Shown here: positions 37,866-48,848 of the stretch, piece by piece
Position numbering within the stretch: position 1 is the stretch's first letter
Layout of the letters: every line of letters starts with the position of its first letter
Source: an uncultured SAR86 cluster bacterium
GTDB taxonomy: Bacteria; Pseudomonadota; Gammaproteobacteria; Magnimaribacterales; D2472
Direction of reading: 5' to 3'
DNA length: 64,000 nt
Assembly (NCBI GenBank): GCA_902558375.1
Contig: CACEDQ010000003.1
Span: 25,493-89,492 of the forward strand
Notes under the pieces: generated by a model
Databases searched by the model: none
What the model was told of the DNA's origin: nothing
The model's input: the letters and a program-made list of their open reading frames with translations, nothing else
Made by a program: the position numbers and the translations under genes

Positions 37866-38768
37866 ATGAGTAGTAAGTCAAAACTAATAATAGGTATATC
37901 TTCAAGAGCTTTATTTAATCTTGATCAAAGCCATGAAATATATGAAAAAGAAGGTTTAGAGTCTTACAGAGACTATCAAGTTGCAAATGAAGATAAAACT
38001 CTTGAGCCAGGTGAAGCCTTTGGTCTGGTAAAAAAAATTCTAGGCATTAATTCCTTGTACAAAGACGAAAATAGAATTGAAGTAATTTTACTTTCTAGAA
38101 ATACTTCAGATACTGGTCTTAGAATAAGAAACTCGATTGAGGCTCATGGCTTGAATATTAGCAGAGCAGCATTTTGTGGAGGTGAAAGTCCTCATAGATA
38201 TGTAAAAGATTTTGGAGTACATCTATTTTTATCAAGCAGTTTTGAAGACGTAAAGTTAGCCATCGAAAGCAATGTTGCAGCTGCAACAATAATTCCAAGA
38301 GATGGAGAAACTAACCTGAATTCTGAAAATGGCCAACTAAAAATAGCATTTGATGGAGATGCAGTAATTTTTTCAGATGACTCAGAAAAAGTTTTTCATG
38401 AAAAGGGTTTAGATGCATTTATTGAAAATGAGGTGAAGGCAACTTCTTTATTAAAAGAAGGACCCTTCAAATCATTTTTAGTTGAATTAAATAAAATTCA
38501 AAATGATTTTGATATCAATGAATGCCCAATAAGAACAGCGCTTGTAACTGCTAGATCGGCTCCATCTGATAAACGTGTAATTAAAACATTGAGAGAATGG
38601 GGTGTCAGGATTGATGAATCATTATTTCTAGGAGGAATGTCAAAGCAACATTTTCTTAAATCTTTTCAAGCAGACATCTTTTTTGATGACCAAAAAAAAC
38701 ATATCATGGACGCTATTGAAACGACCGCCTCTGGACATGTTCCTTATGGCATAAAAAATAAAAAATAA
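37866..38768 (+). CDS. cN-IA-like 5'-nucleotidase family protein
   Basis: IGISSRALFNL..., LLSRNTSDTGLRIRNSI, IAFDGDAVIFSDDSE, RTALVTARSAP, and IFFDDQKKH fit the bacterial 5'-nucleotidase (PF06189-type) pattern as I remember it. Confidence 0.65.
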   Translation: MSSKSKLIIGISSRALFNLDQSHEIYEKEGLESYRDYQVANEDKTLEPGEAFGLVKKILGINSLYKDENRIEVILLSRNTSDTGLRIRNSIEAHGLNISRAAFCGGESPHRYVKDFGVHLFLSSSFEDVKLAIESNVAAATIIPRDGETNLNSENGQLKIAFDGDAVIFSDDSEKVFHEKGLDAFIENEVKATSLLKEGPFKSFLVELNKIQNDFDINECPIRTALVTARSAPSDKRVIKTLREWGVRIDESLFLGGMSKQHFLKSFQADIFFDDQKKHIMDAIETTASGHVPYGIKNKK

Positions 38769-38777
38769 GGATTTAAA

Positions 38778-39386
38778 ATGGAAATAGTATGTTTTGATAT
38801 GGAGGGAACTTTAACACCTGAAATATGGGAGCAGATAGCTTTAAATACTGGAGTTGAAGAATTCAACAAAACAACTAGAGATATACCCGATTATTCAGAT
38901 CTTATGGACTTTAGACTTGAAGTCATGAAAAAACATAATCTTAAATTATCAGATATTCAAAAAGCATCAGGAGAATTAAATCTTTTAGATGGAGCAGAAG
39001 ATTTCTTAAATAGTATTAGATCTAATTTTCAAGTAGTTATACTTTCAGATACATTTCATGAAATAGCTAAGCCTTTAATGGAAAAGATGGGTCACCCACT
39101 TTTACTATGTCATAACTTAGAGGTTGAAAATGATGAGGTCATTTCTTATAAGCTAAGGCACAAACAAGCTAAAAAACAAGCAATTATGGCTTTTCAATCA
39201 ATTGGTTATAGATGTATTGCTGCAGGAGACTCTTATAATGATATACAGATGTTCGAAGTTGCTGAAAAAGGTTTTTTTATGAATGCGCCAGAAAAGATTG
39301 CCGCAAGTCATCCTGACATTCCATCATTCCATAATTATGATGATTTAGAAGATGCCATACTAAAAAGTTCTATTTTTGTAAAATGA
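38778..39386 (+). CDS. thrH: HAD phosphoserine phosphatase / homoserine phosphotransferase ThrH-like
   Basis: [17 protein letters not shown]...TTRDIPDY...[10 protein letters not shown]...AAGDSYND closely parallels Pseudomonas ThrH. Confidence 0.7.
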   Translation: MEIVCFDMEGTLTPEIWEQIALNTGVEEFNKTTRDIPDYSDLMDFRLEVMKKHNLKLSDIQKASGELNLLDGAEDFLNSIRSNFQVVILSDTFHEIAKPLMEKMGHPLLLCHNLEVENDEVISYKLRHKQAKKQAIMAFQSIGYRCIAAGDSYNDIQMFEVAEKGFFMNAPEKIAASHPDIPSFHNYDDLEDAILKSSIFVK

Positions 39387-40045
39387 GTGACCATTTAAAA
39401 TTAGATAATTACGAAAGACCAAAACTTCAGATGCCTAAAGAAGGCACTGATTTATTACTTCATAGTTGTTGTGCTCCATGTGCTGGAGAAATAATGGAGG
39501 CCTTGGCTGCGTCTGATATTAAAACAACAGTTTATTTTTATAATCCGAATATTCATCCGAAGGAAGAATACGAAATTAGAAAAAATGAAAATAGAAGATT
39601 TTGTGAGAAGCTAGGATTTGAATGCATCGATGCTGATTATGATAAAGATAATTGGTTTGAGAGAATTAAAGGTCTTGAAGATGAACCTGAAAGAGGTGAA
39701 AGGTGTACAAAGTGCTTTGATATGAGGTTTGAGAGGTCCGCTCTTTATGCAAAAGAAAACAATTTTTCTGTTTATGCAACGACACTTGGTATATCCAGGT
39801 GGAAAGACATGAATCAAATTAATTCAGCAGGGCATAGAGCTGCTGATAGATACGAAGATGTTGTTTATTGGGACTTCAATTGGAGAAAACAGGGTGGATC
39901 TTCAAGGATGATTGAGATTTCTAAAAGAGAAGAATTTTATCAGCAAGAATATTGTGGTTGTGTATATAGCTTAAGAGATACTAATCGATGGAGAAGAAAG
40001 AATAACAAAGACAGAATTATCAGAGGAGTAAAATTCTACAGTTAG
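39383..40045 (+). CDS. queH: epoxyqueuosine reductase QueH (DUF208)
   Basis: [19 protein letters not shown], and QEYCGCVYS cysteine motifs. Confidence 0.85.
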   Translation: MSDHLKLDNYERPKLQMPKEGTDLLLHSCCAPCAGEIMEALAASDIKTTVYFYNPNIHPKEEYEIRKNENRRFCEKLGFECIDADYDKDNWFERIKGLEDEPERGERCTKCFDMRFERSALYAKENNFSVYATTLGISRWKDMNQINSAGHRAADRYEDVVYWDFNWRKQGGSSRMIEISKREEFYQQEYCGCVYSLRDTNRWRRKNNKDRIIRGVKFYS

Positions 40046-40089
40046 TCAGATTTGGGAATTGGTATATTTGTGTTCTATAATCTCCAACC

Positions 40090-40959
40090 ATGTCAGCAGG
40101 CACAAAATTCAGAAAAGCACTTAAAGATAATACTCCACTTATTATTCCAGGCGCTATCAATGCCTACTCAGCAATATTAGCTGAAAAATCAGGTCATAAA
40201 GCAGTGTATTTATCAGGTGGAGGAGTCGCTGCTGCTTCATATGGAATTCCGGATTTAGGGATTACATCTATGGAAGATGTTCTTATAGATGTTAAAAGAA
40301 TTACAAGCGCTTCTTCTTTACCACTCCTTGTTGATATTGATACTGGTTGGGGAGGAGCTTTTAACATAGCTAAAACAATAAAAAATATGATTGATGCTGG
40401 CTGTGCTGCAGTTCATATGGAAGATCAAATATCACAAAAAAGATGTGGTCACAGACCTAACAAATCATTAGTTTCGAAAAATGAAATGCAAGACAGAATA
40501 AAAGCAGCTGTGGATGGAAGACATGATGAAGAATTTTTTATTATGGCTAGAACTGATGCAATTGCATCAGAGGGTATTGAAGGTGCCATTGATCGAATCG
40601 GTTCTTATATTACCGAAGGAGCTGATGGTATATTTCTTGAGGCAGCAACAACTCTTGAGGAATATGCTGCTGTAAAAAAAGCATTTAATATTCCAATTCT
40701 TGCAAACATTACTGAGTTTGGAAAAACTCCATTATTTACAAAAGATGAACTTCATAAAGTTGGGGTTGATATGATTCTCTTTCCATTAAGTGCATTTAGG
40801 GCAATGAGCAAGATTGCGGAAAAAGTTTACATTTCGATTGCTAAAGAGGGGACACAGAAAGATCTGTTAGATATAATGCAGACCCGGGAAGAATTATACG
40901 ATCGATTAAATTATCACAGTTTTGAACAAAAATTGGATGAACTATATAAAGAAGAATAA
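40090..40959 (+). CDS. prpB: methylisocitrate lyase
   Basis: ICL/PEP-mutase family with the KRCGH active-site loop (QKRCGHRPNK) and DTGWGGAFN. Confidence 0.9.
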   Translation: MSAGTKFRKALKDNTPLIIPGAINAYSAILAEKSGHKAVYLSGGGVAAASYGIPDLGITSMEDVLIDVKRITSASSLPLLVDIDTGWGGAFNIAKTIKNMIDAGCAAVHMEDQISQKRCGHRPNKSLVSKNEMQDRIKAAVDGRHDEEFFIMARTDAIASEGIEGAIDRIGSYITEGADGIFLEAATTLEEYAAVKKAFNIPILANITEFGKTPLFTKDELHKVGVDMILFPLSAFRAMSKIAEKVYISIAKEGTQKDLLDIMQTREELYDRLNYHSFEQKLDELYKEE

Positions 40960-40977
40960 AGAGGATTACTAAATATT

Positions 40978-42099
40978 ATGGTTAAAAAGTTAGAAGGTGC
41001 TGGTCTAAGAGGCCAGGTGGCAGGAGAAACTTCATTATCAACAGTTGGTCAGATTGAAGGCCTTGCATATAGGGGTCATAAGGTTGAAACCTTGGCTGAC
41101 AAAGCATCATTCGAAGAGGTAGCATACCTACTTCTTTACAATAAACTTCCTAACAAGAGCGAACTTTCAGAATATAAAGCACTTCTTAAAAGTCAAAGAG
41201 ACCTTCCTCAAGCTCTAAAAGAAGTACTTCAAAAAATACCAGCATCGGCTCACCCAATGGATGTTATGAGAACCGGAACATCAATGTTGGGAAATCTTGA
41301 GCCTGAAGGTGATTTCAGCAATCAATTAAATTCAATAAATAGAATGATAGCTACTATGGCTTCTATAGTTACCTATTGGTACAAGTATTCTCATGAAGGA
41401 GAAGATATCAGTTTAGTAAATGACGAAGATTCAATGGCAGGTCACTTCTTGCATATACTTCATGGAAAAACTCCCAGTGATCTTCATAGAAAAGTAATGG
41501 ATGTATCTTTAGTGCTTTATGCTGAGCATGAATTTAATGCTTCAACTTTTACTGGCAGAGTTTGTGCATCAACCATGTCTGATATTCATTCTTGTGTTGT
41601 GGCTGCTATTGGTTCATTAAGAGGTCCTCTTCATGGGGGAGCCAATGAAAAGGCAATGGAGCTAATCGAAAACTGGACATCAAGAGAAGAAGCAAAAGAG
41701 AATATCTTAGCTATGCTTGCTAACAAAGAAAAAATTATGGGTTTTGGGCATGCAGTCTATTCTATTCGTGATCCGCGAAATGCTGTCATTAAAGAGTATG
41801 CTAAGGAACTATCTTTACTTCATCATAACGATACCTTATATCAAGTTGCAGAAGAAGTTGAAAAGGTAATGGCAGATGAGAAAAAAATGTTTGCCAATGC
41901 TGACTTTTTTCATGCGCCAGCATATTTTTACATGGGCATACCAACAAAATTATTCACGCCAATCTTTGTAATGTCTCGAGTTTCAGGATGGACGGCTCAT
42001 TGCATGGAGCAAAGGGCAAATAATAGAATTATTAGACCAAGTGCTGAATACATTGGTGTTGAAAGTTCTGAGTGGGTTGATATAGAAGATAGGGTCTAA
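40978..42099 (+). CDS. prpC: 2-methylcitrate synthase
   Basis: Citrate synthase family (GPLHGGANE, GFGHAVY). Sits between prpB and prpD. Confidence 0.9.
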   Translation: MVKKLEGAGLRGQVAGETSLSTVGQIEGLAYRGHKVETLADKASFEEVAYLLLYNKLPNKSELSEYKALLKSQRDLPQALKEVLQKIPASAHPMDVMRTGTSMLGNLEPEGDFSNQLNSINRMIATMASIVTYWYKYSHEGEDISLVNDEDSMAGHFLHILHGKTPSDLHRKVMDVSLVLYAEHEFNASTFTGRVCASTMSDIHSCVVAAIGSLRGPLHGGANEKAMELIENWTSREEAKENILAMLANKEKIMGFGHAVYSIRDPRNAVIKEYAKELSLLHHNDTLYQVAEEVEKVMADEKKMFANADFFHAPAYFYMGIPTKLFTPIFVMSRVSGWTAHCMEQRANNRIIRPSAEYIGVESSEWVDIEDRV

Positions 42100-42102
42100 T
42101 TC

Positions 42103-43563
42103 ATGTCTTCTAATGTTGATTTAAATGTTAGGCCCGGATATGACTCAGTAATTTCTGAAATCGCTGACTATGTATCAAATTATCAAATTGATTCTGAACT
42201 TGCACTAGATACTGCAAGAAATTGCCTCATAGACACAATAGGATGTGGTCTTCTTGCCTTAAAATTTCCAGCTTGCACAAAAATGCTTGGACCTGTTGTT
42301 GATGGAACATCAGTACCATATGGAGTTCGAGTACCAGGAACAAATTTTAAACTTGACCCCATTAAAGGTGCTTTTGACATTGGTTGTATTATAAGATGGC
42401 TAGATTATAACGATACCTGGTTGGCTGCTGAATGGGGGCATCCTTCAGATAATCTTGGTGGCATTTTAGCCGTAGCAGATTTTATTTCACAAAAAAATAT
42501 TGAAGAGGGTAAAGACTCTCTTACCATGAAAGATGTTTTAGAAGCCATGATTATGGCTCATGAAATTCAAGGAGTTTTAGCGCTTAAGAACAGCTTTAAT
42601 AAAGTTGGTCTAGATCATGTTGTTCTTGTAAAAGTTGCATCAACAGCTGTAGTAACAAAATTAATGGGGGGCACCAATGAGCAAATTAAGGATGCAATTA
42701 GTCAGGCTTGGGTAGATGGACAAAGCTTAAGAACATATAGGCATGCACCAAATGCTGGCTCAAGAAAAAGTTGGGCAGCGGGTGATGCTACTAGTAGGGC
42801 TGTAAGATTGGCTATGATTACTCTCTCAGGTGAGATGGGTTATCCAGGAGTTTTATCTGCACCTGTTTGGGGTTTTGAAGACGTGCTATTTAAAGGTGAA
42901 CAGCTTTCCCTTCCTCAAGCTTTTGGCTCTTATGTGATGGAAAATATTCTTTTTAAAATCAGTTTTCCAGCTGAATTCCATGCTCAAACTGCAGTTGAGG
43001 CAGCTGTTGCACTTCATTCTAAGATAAAAGATAAGCTTGATGACATAAAAACTATTGAGATTACAACACATGAATCTGCTATTAGAATTATCTCTAAAGT
43101 TGGTGAGCTTAATAATCCAGCAGACAGAGATCACTGTCTTCAATACATGGTTGCAATAGGATTACTTAAAGGTGATTTAGTTGCAGAGGATTATGAGGAT
43201 GACGTTGCTTCTGATCCAAGAGTTGATGCACTAAGAGAAAAAATGGTGATTAATGAAGATAAAAGATACTCTGAGGAATATCATGAGGCAGATAAAAGAT
43301 CCATAGCTAATAGGATTAAAATACATTTTACTGATGGAAGTTCAACAGATGAAGTTGAGGTAGAGTACCCAATTGGTCACAAAAGAAGAAGAGAAGAGGG
43401 AATCCCTGTGCTAGAACAAAAGTTTTTAAAAAACTTAGAAATTTCATATGATTCAGAAAAGTGTAAAGAAATTTATGCACTTTGCACGGATCAAAAAAAG
43501 CTTGAAAATACTTCGGTTATTGAATTTCAAGAATTATTATCAAAAAAACAGAATAATTTTTAA
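42103..43563 (+). CDS. prpD: 2-methylcitrate dehydratase
   Basis: MmgE/PrpD family. 486 aa. N-terminal IADYV...[13 protein letters not shown] pattern. Confidence 0.9.
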   Translation: MSSNVDLNVRPGYDSVISEIADYVSNYQIDSELALDTARNCLIDTIGCGLLALKFPACTKMLGPVVDGTSVPYGVRVPGTNFKLDPIKGAFDIGCIIRWLDYNDTWLAAEWGHPSDNLGGILAVADFISQKNIEEGKDSLTMKDVLEAMIMAHEIQGVLALKNSFNKVGLDHVVLVKVASTAVVTKLMGGTNEQIKDAISQAWVDGQSLRTYRHAPNAGSRKSWAAGDATSRAVRLAMITLSGEMGYPGVLSAPVWGFEDVLFKGEQLSLPQAFGSYVMENILFKISFPAEFHAQTAVEAAVALHSKIKDKLDDIKTIEITTHESAIRIISKVGELNNPADRDHCLQYMVAIGLLKGDLVAEDYEDDVASDPRVDALREKMVINEDKRYSEEYHEADKRSIANRIKIHFTDGSSTDEVEVEYPIGHKRRREEGIPVLEQKFLKNLEISYDSEKCKEIYALCTDQKKLENTSVIEFQELLSKKQNNF

Positions 43564-43632
43564 TTATTTGATAATGGCCTAAATAACCCCTAAAATAAGG
43601 CGTTTTATCAATTTTGGACTATAATCACTGCC

Positions 43633-44718
43633 ATGTCAGGCAATACGTTTGGAAAATTATTTAAAATTACGACCTTTGGTGAGAGTCATGGGCATGCTTT
43701 GGGCTGCATTATTGATGGATGCCCGCCAAATCTTGAGTTAAGTGAAGCTGATATACAGTTCGAATTAGATAGAAGAAAGCCTGGTCAATCAGATGTCACA
43801 ACTCAGCGAAAAGAAGATGATGCGGTGCAAATATTATCTGGAGTTTTTGAAGGAAAAACACTCGGAACACCAATAAGCTTATTGATTTTTAATAAGGATC
43901 AACAGTCTAAAGATTACTCAAATATTAAAGATTCTTTCAGGCCAAACCATGCAGATATAACCTATCAAGCAAAATATGGTCATAGAGATTATAGAGGCGG
44001 AGGAAGATCAAGCGCTAGAGAGACTGCTATGAGGGTTGCTGCAGGTGCTATTGCAAAGAAATACCTAGCTAGATATGGAGTTAAAACGACAGGATATGTA
44101 TCACAAATAGGTCATGTTTCAGCTGATTCAATTAATCCAAGCTCTGCAAATGAAAACAAATACTTCTTTGCAGATTTATCTAAACTTGATGATTTAAATA
44201 AGATGTTTGAAGAACTAATTGCTGAAGGTAATTCTGTTGGAGCAAAACTTGGAGTTTGCGTTGAGAATTGCCCGGTTGGCTTAGGAGAGCCTGTTTTCGA
44301 TAAACTGAATGCAGATCTTGCTAAAGCAATCATGAGTATTAATGCTGTTAAATCTGTTTCTATTGGAAATGCAGAAAACATTCTCAATCTAAAAGGTTCT
44401 GAGATACGCGATGAAATTAGATCTGATGGATTTGCGTCTAATAATGCTGGTGGAATACTTGGAGGTATTTCAAACGGGGACAATATAGATTTAGACTTTT
44501 TAATCAAGCCAACTTCAAGTATTAAGAAAAAAGGAAAAACTGTCGACAAAGATGGCAACGAAGTAGATATTGAAGTTACTGGAAGGCATGACCCATGCGT
44601 TGGCATAAGAGCAGTTCCTATCGCAGAGGCAATGGTGAATCTTGTAATCATGGACCATGTTTTGAGAAACCGTGCTCAATGCGGTGAGGTTAATCAACAA
44701 TTACCTTTTACCAAGTAA
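43633..44718 (+). CDS. aroC: chorismate synthase
   Basis: [17 protein letters not shown], and RHDPCV motifs. Confidence 0.95.
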   Translation: MSGNTFGKLFKITTFGESHGHALGCIIDGCPPNLELSEADIQFELDRRKPGQSDVTTQRKEDDAVQILSGVFEGKTLGTPISLLIFNKDQQSKDYSNIKDSFRPNHADITYQAKYGHRDYRGGGRSSARETAMRVAAGAIAKKYLARYGVKTTGYVSQIGHVSADSINPSSANENKYFFADLSKLDDLNKMFEELIAEGNSVGAKLGVCVENCPVGLGEPVFDKLNADLAKAIMSINAVKSVSIGNAENILNLKGSEIRDEIRSDGFASNNAGGILGGISNGDNIDLDFLIKPTSSIKKKGKTVDKDGNEVDIEVTGRHDPCVGIRAVPIAEAMVNLVIMDHVLRNRAQCGEVNQQLPFTK

Positions 44719-44719
44719 G

Positions 44720-46120
44720 ATGCCAAAGACTTTATACGACAAGCTTTGGGAAGAGCATCATATAACCACTTTAGATTCATCGGAATCTTTATTGTACATA
44801 GATAGACAGTATCTTCATGAGGTTACATCTCCTCAGGCTTTTGAGGGGCTATCTAAAAAAGGGTTATCTCCATGGAGATTGAATGCGAATATTGCTACAC
44901 CTGATCATAATGTTCCTACTGAAAGAGGAGAGTCTTTTAAAACAGAAAATATAAAAGATGAGATATCAAAAATACAAGTAACAGAGCTTGATAAAAATTG
45001 TAATAAGTTTGGTATTAAGCAATTTGATATAACGTCAATCAATCAAGGAATAGTTCATGTTATTGGTCCTGAGCTTGGTTATACACTACCTGGCATGACA
45101 ATAGTTTGTGGAGATTCGCATACATCAACACATGGTGCATTTGGATGTTTGGCTATGGGCATAGGAACTTCTGAGGTAGAACATGTTCTTGCAACACAAA
45201 CATTAAAAGTTTCAAAACTTAAGAATATGAGAGTTAAATTTAGTGGCGAGCCGCAAGAAGGAGTGACTTCAAAAGATATTGTTCTATTTTTAATAAGAAC
45301 AATAGGAACTGCTGGAGGTAACGGTCATGCAATAGAGTTTGCCGGATCATATATTGAGAGCATATCTATGGAAGCTAGAATGACAATATGTAATATGTCT
45401 ATCGAAGCTGGGGCAAAGGTTGGGTTAATTGCTCCAGATGCAACAACCTTTAATTACGTTAAAGATCATAGCCAATTATCAGAAGAGGAGTTTGAAGATG
45501 CCATGTCTCATTGGACATCACTTGTTTCTGATAATGATGCTTCTTTTGATAAAGAGATAGCAATAGATGTTTCTTTAATTAAACCTCAGGTTACATGGGG
45601 GACATCACCAGAAATGGTCGTTGATTTTGATCAAGAAATTCCAAATTTAGATTTTGTTGATGGTGAAAATAAGAGAAATTTTGAATTAGCAAAAAAATAT
45701 ATGGGCATAGAAGAAAATCAGAAAGTTACAGATTTAAAATTTGACAGAGTTTTTATAGGTTCGTGTACAAATTCAAGAATCGAAGATCTTAGAGATGCAG
45801 CAAAAGTTGTCGATGGAAAAAAAGTTTCAGAAGATATTATTGAAGCTATTGTTGTACCAGGTTCTGGCCTAGTTAAAGAACAGGCTGAATCTGAAGGTTT
45901 GCATATAATTTTTGAAGAAGCAGGATTTATGTGGAGAGATCCAGGTTGTTCAATGTGTTTAGGAATGAATCCAGATCAATTAAAGCCCTATGAAAGATGT
46001 GCTTCAACATCTAATAGAAATTTTGAAGGCAGGCAGGGCAATCTTGGAAGAACTCATCTAATGAGTCCTTTAATGGCAGCTCTCACAGCTGTTAATGGGA
46101 GAGTTGTTGACCCGTCATGA
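44720..46120 (+). CDS. leuC: 3-isopropylmalate dehydratase large subunit
   Basis: [13 protein letters not shown] start, 1 nt after the aroC stop. Aconitase-family Cys ligands ([15 protein letters not shown]). Confidence 0.95.
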   Translation: MPKTLYDKLWEEHHITTLDSSESLLYIDRQYLHEVTSPQAFEGLSKKGLSPWRLNANIATPDHNVPTERGESFKTENIKDEISKIQVTELDKNCNKFGIKQFDITSINQGIVHVIGPELGYTLPGMTIVCGDSHTSTHGAFGCLAMGIGTSEVEHVLATQTLKVSKLKNMRVKFSGEPQEGVTSKDIVLFLIRTIGTAGGNGHAIEFAGSYIESISMEARMTICNMSIEAGAKVGLIAPDATTFNYVKDHSQLSEEEFEDAMSHWTSLVSDNDASFDKEIAIDVSLIKPQVTWGTSPEMVVDFDQEIPNLDFVDGENKRNFELAKKYMGIEENQKVTDLKFDRVFIGSCTNSRIEDLRDAAKVVDGKKVSEDIIEAIVVPGSGLVKEQAESEGLHIIFEEAGFMWRDPGCSMCLGMNPDQLKPYERCASTSNRNFEGRQGNLGRTHLMSPLMAALTAVNGRVVDPS

Positions 46121-46767
46121 AGATTGAAGGAAACGAATTAATAATAGGTGGTGTTGTAGCTAGTATTGATAGAGATAATATTGATACTGACCAAATCATC
46201 CCTACTGAATACTTAAAATCAATTAAAAAGTTTGGTTTTGAAGATTATCTATTTGATGGGTGGAGATATCTTGATGAAGGTAAACTAGGAGTTTCTAAAA
46301 ATGATAGGGAGCAGAATCCAGATTTTATTTTAAATCAAGCCCCTTATGACAAAGCCACCATTTTATTAACTAGAGATAATTTTGGTTGTGGCTCTTCAAG
46401 AGAGCATGCAGTATGGGCTTTAAGAGATTTTGGGATAAAGATAGTCATAGCTTCATCTTTTGGAGATATTTTTTATAACAATTGCTTTAAAAATGGAGTT
46501 TTACCAATAAAACTTGATAAAAATAAAATTGAAGACTTGTTTCAAAAAATGAGTGATAGCTCAGCTGATCTATCAGTAAGCCTTGATTCAAAAAAAATAT
46601 TCCAAAATGAAAATGAACTGTATAGTTTTGATGTTGAAGACAACCTTCTTGAAAGAATAATTTATGGCTTAGATGATGTTGACATGACTTTAAAACATAA
46701 AGATAAAATACTAGCTTTTGAGCAGACACGAATGAAAAATACACCATGGATATTTTCAAATGACTAA
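46117..46767 (+). CDS. leuD: 3-isopropylmalate dehydratase small subunit
   Basis: [10 protein letters not shown] and GCGSSREHA motifs. ATGA overlap with leuC. Confidence 0.9.
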   Translation: MKIEGNELIIGGVVASIDRDNIDTDQIIPTEYLKSIKKFGFEDYLFDGWRYLDEGKLGVSKNDREQNPDFILNQAPYDKATILLTRDNFGCGSSREHAVWALRDFGIKIVIASSFGDIFYNNCFKNGVLPIKLDKNKIEDLFQKMSDSSADLSVSLDSKKIFQNENELYSFDVEDNLLERIIYGLDDVDMTLKHKDKILAFEQTRMKNTPWIFSND

Positions 46768-47836
46768 AAAGATTTTAATTTTGCCTGGAGACGGTATTGG
46801 TCAAGAAGTTACTGCTTCTGCAAAAGAAGTTTTAGACTTTTTAATTGCAGAACATAATCTTGATTTTAGTATTGAAGAAATGGATGCAGGTGGAACAGCT
46901 TATGATAAGTTTGGATCGCCCTTGCCAGAAAAAGTTTTAGCAAAGGCAAAAGAAAGTGATGCAATATTATTTGGTGCCGTTGGTGGACCAAAATGGGATG
47001 AGCTAGATTGGGATAACAGACCAGAGCAAGCGCTTTTATCATTAAGAAAAGAATTAGAGTTATTTGCCAACTTAAGACCTGCATTTCTATTTAATGAGCT
47101 TGCAGCAGCGTCCCCAATTAAAAATCATATTATTGAAAATTTAGATATTCTGATTGTTCGTGAGCTTACAGGAGGAATATATTTTGGTGAGCCTAGGGCA
47201 ATCGTTGAGAATGAAGATCCCCCTTATGCATTTAATACGATGGTTTATAACGAAAATGAGATTAAACGTATTGCGAAGGTGGCTTTCGAATCAGCACAAA
47301 AAAGAGGTGGAAAGCTTTGCTCAGTTGAAAAGGCAAATGTTCTTGAGGTTTCTAAGTTTTGGAGATCTATAGTTTCAGATATGGCAAAAGATTATCCAGA
47401 CGTAGAGCTCTCTCATCAACTTGCTGACAATACTGCAATGCAGCTAGTTCTTAACCCAAATCAGTATGATGTGATTGTATCAAGCAATCTATTTGGAGAT
47501 ATTTTGTCTGATATAGCTGCAACACTATCTGGATCAATTGGTATGCTTCCATCTGCTTCATTAAATAGCTCATCTCAGGGCATGTATGAACCTTGTCATG
47601 GTAGCGCCCCAGATATTGCTGGAATGGATATAGCTAATCCAATTGCAATGATCGCTTCACTTGGTATGGCACTAAAATATTCATTAGATCAAAAAGAGCT
47701 ATCCGATAGCATTGACCGTGCTATCAAAGAATTTATTGCCAAAGGCTATAGAACAAAAGATATAAGCACTAATGATGAGTATGTAAAAACCTCTGAAGTA
47801 GCATCAATATTAATAGGAATATTAAAAAATGGATAA
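46760..47836 (+). CDS. leuB: 3-isopropylmalate dehydrogenase
   Basis: ILPGDGIGQEV and NLFGDILSD motifs. Confidence 0.95.
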   Translation: MTKKILILPGDGIGQEVTASAKEVLDFLIAEHNLDFSIEEMDAGGTAYDKFGSPLPEKVLAKAKESDAILFGAVGGPKWDELDWDNRPEQALLSLRKELELFANLRPAFLFNELAAASPIKNHIIENLDILIVRELTGGIYFGEPRAIVENEDPPYAFNTMVYNENEIKRIAKVAFESAQKRGGKLCSVEKANVLEVSKFWRSIVSDMAKDYPDVELSHQLADNTAMQLVLNPNQYDVIVSSNLFGDILSDIAATLSGSIGMLPSASLNSSSQGMYEPCHGSAPDIAGMDIANPIAMIASLGMALKYSLDQKELSDSIDRAIKEFIAKGYRTKDISTNDEYVKTSEVASILIGILKNG

Positions 47837-48848
47837 AACATTAAATATGGCGCTTGTTGGCGCTTCTGGTGTAGTGGGTAAAAAAATTCTTCAATTGCTT
47901 GAAAAAAAAGGTATTCAAGTAGACAAGTTGTTTCCATTGGGTAGTTCAACAGTTGGCCAAACTGTACATTTTCAAAATCAAGATTACGTTATTGGAAGTC
48001 TTGATGATTTTGACCCAACAGATGTAAATATAACTATATTTTCAGCAGGTGGCTCTGTTGCAAAGCAGTATGCTAGAAAATTTGTAGAGGCCGGTAATTA
48101 TGTAATAGATTTATCTTCTGAGTTCAGGTATGAAGATGATGTGCCGCTAATTATCCCTGAGATTAATGGCAATATTGTTGAGAATCTTGATGAACCAACA
48201 TTAATTGCTAATCCAAATTGTTCAACCTCACAGCTTTTAATGGTTTTAAAACCAATTCATGAGCAGTTTGGAATTGAATTTTTAAACATTGCAACATATC
48301 AAGCGGTCTCTGGAACTGGTAAAGAGGCTGTAGAAGAGTTGAGATCCCAAACTTATGAGAGTGATACTGCAGAATCAAAAGTTTATCCAAAACCAATCGC
48401 ATTTAACGTAATACCTCAATGTGATATCTTTCTAGATAATGCTTTTACAAAAGAAGAGATGAAATTAGTCTGGGAAACTAAAAAAATATTAGATCCAAAT
48501 ATTGAGGTACAGGCAACTTGTGCCAGAGTTCCTGTTTTTAATGGACATTCAGAAGCAGTCTTTTTAAAGCTTTCAAACTCAGCTTCAAGAGAAGAGGTTA
48601 TTAATTCTGTTGAAGGTAATGAAGGAGTATGTGTTATGGATAATCCTGATACTTTAGAGTATCCAACACCTTATGAACAAGCTAATGATTCTGAGGATGT
48701 TTATGTTGGAAGAATACGTTCACAACAAATTCAAGGAGATTCATGGGTTTCGCTTTGGGTTGTTGCAGATAACGTATACGGAAAAGGCGCTGCTCTTAAT
48801 GCTGTGCAGATACTTCAAAAGTTAATTACAAATAATAAATTGTGTTAA
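47829..48848 (+). CDS. asd: aspartate-semialdehyde dehydrogenase family protein
   Basis: VGASGVVG Rossmann motif. Active-site NPNCST and NGHSEAV. 339 aa (short Asd/USG-1-like form). Confidence 0.8.
   Translation: MDKTLNMALVGASGVVGKKILQLLEKKGIQVDKLFPLGSSTVGQTVHFQNQDYVIGSLDDFDPTDVNITIFSAGGSVAKQYARKFVEAGNYVIDLSSEFRYEDDVPLIIPEINGNIVENLDEPTLIANPNCSTSQLLMVLKPIHEQFGIEFLNIATYQAVSGTGKEAVEELRSQTYESDTAESKVYPKPIAFNVIPQCDIFLDNAFTKEEMKLVWETKKILDPNIEVQATCARVPVFNGHSEAVFLKLSNSASREEVINSVEGNEGVCVMDNPDTLEYPTPYEQANDSEDVYVGRIRSQQIQGDSWVSLWVVADNVYGKGAALNAVQILQKLITNNKLC

Noticed and set aside
44112-44651. 179-aa ORF antisense to aroC
   Set aside because: It lies entirely inside a confidently identified chorismate synthase gene on the opposite strand. 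It has a low-complexity S/P/T/L-rich translation and no RBS. This is the typical shadow ORF of a conserved gene.
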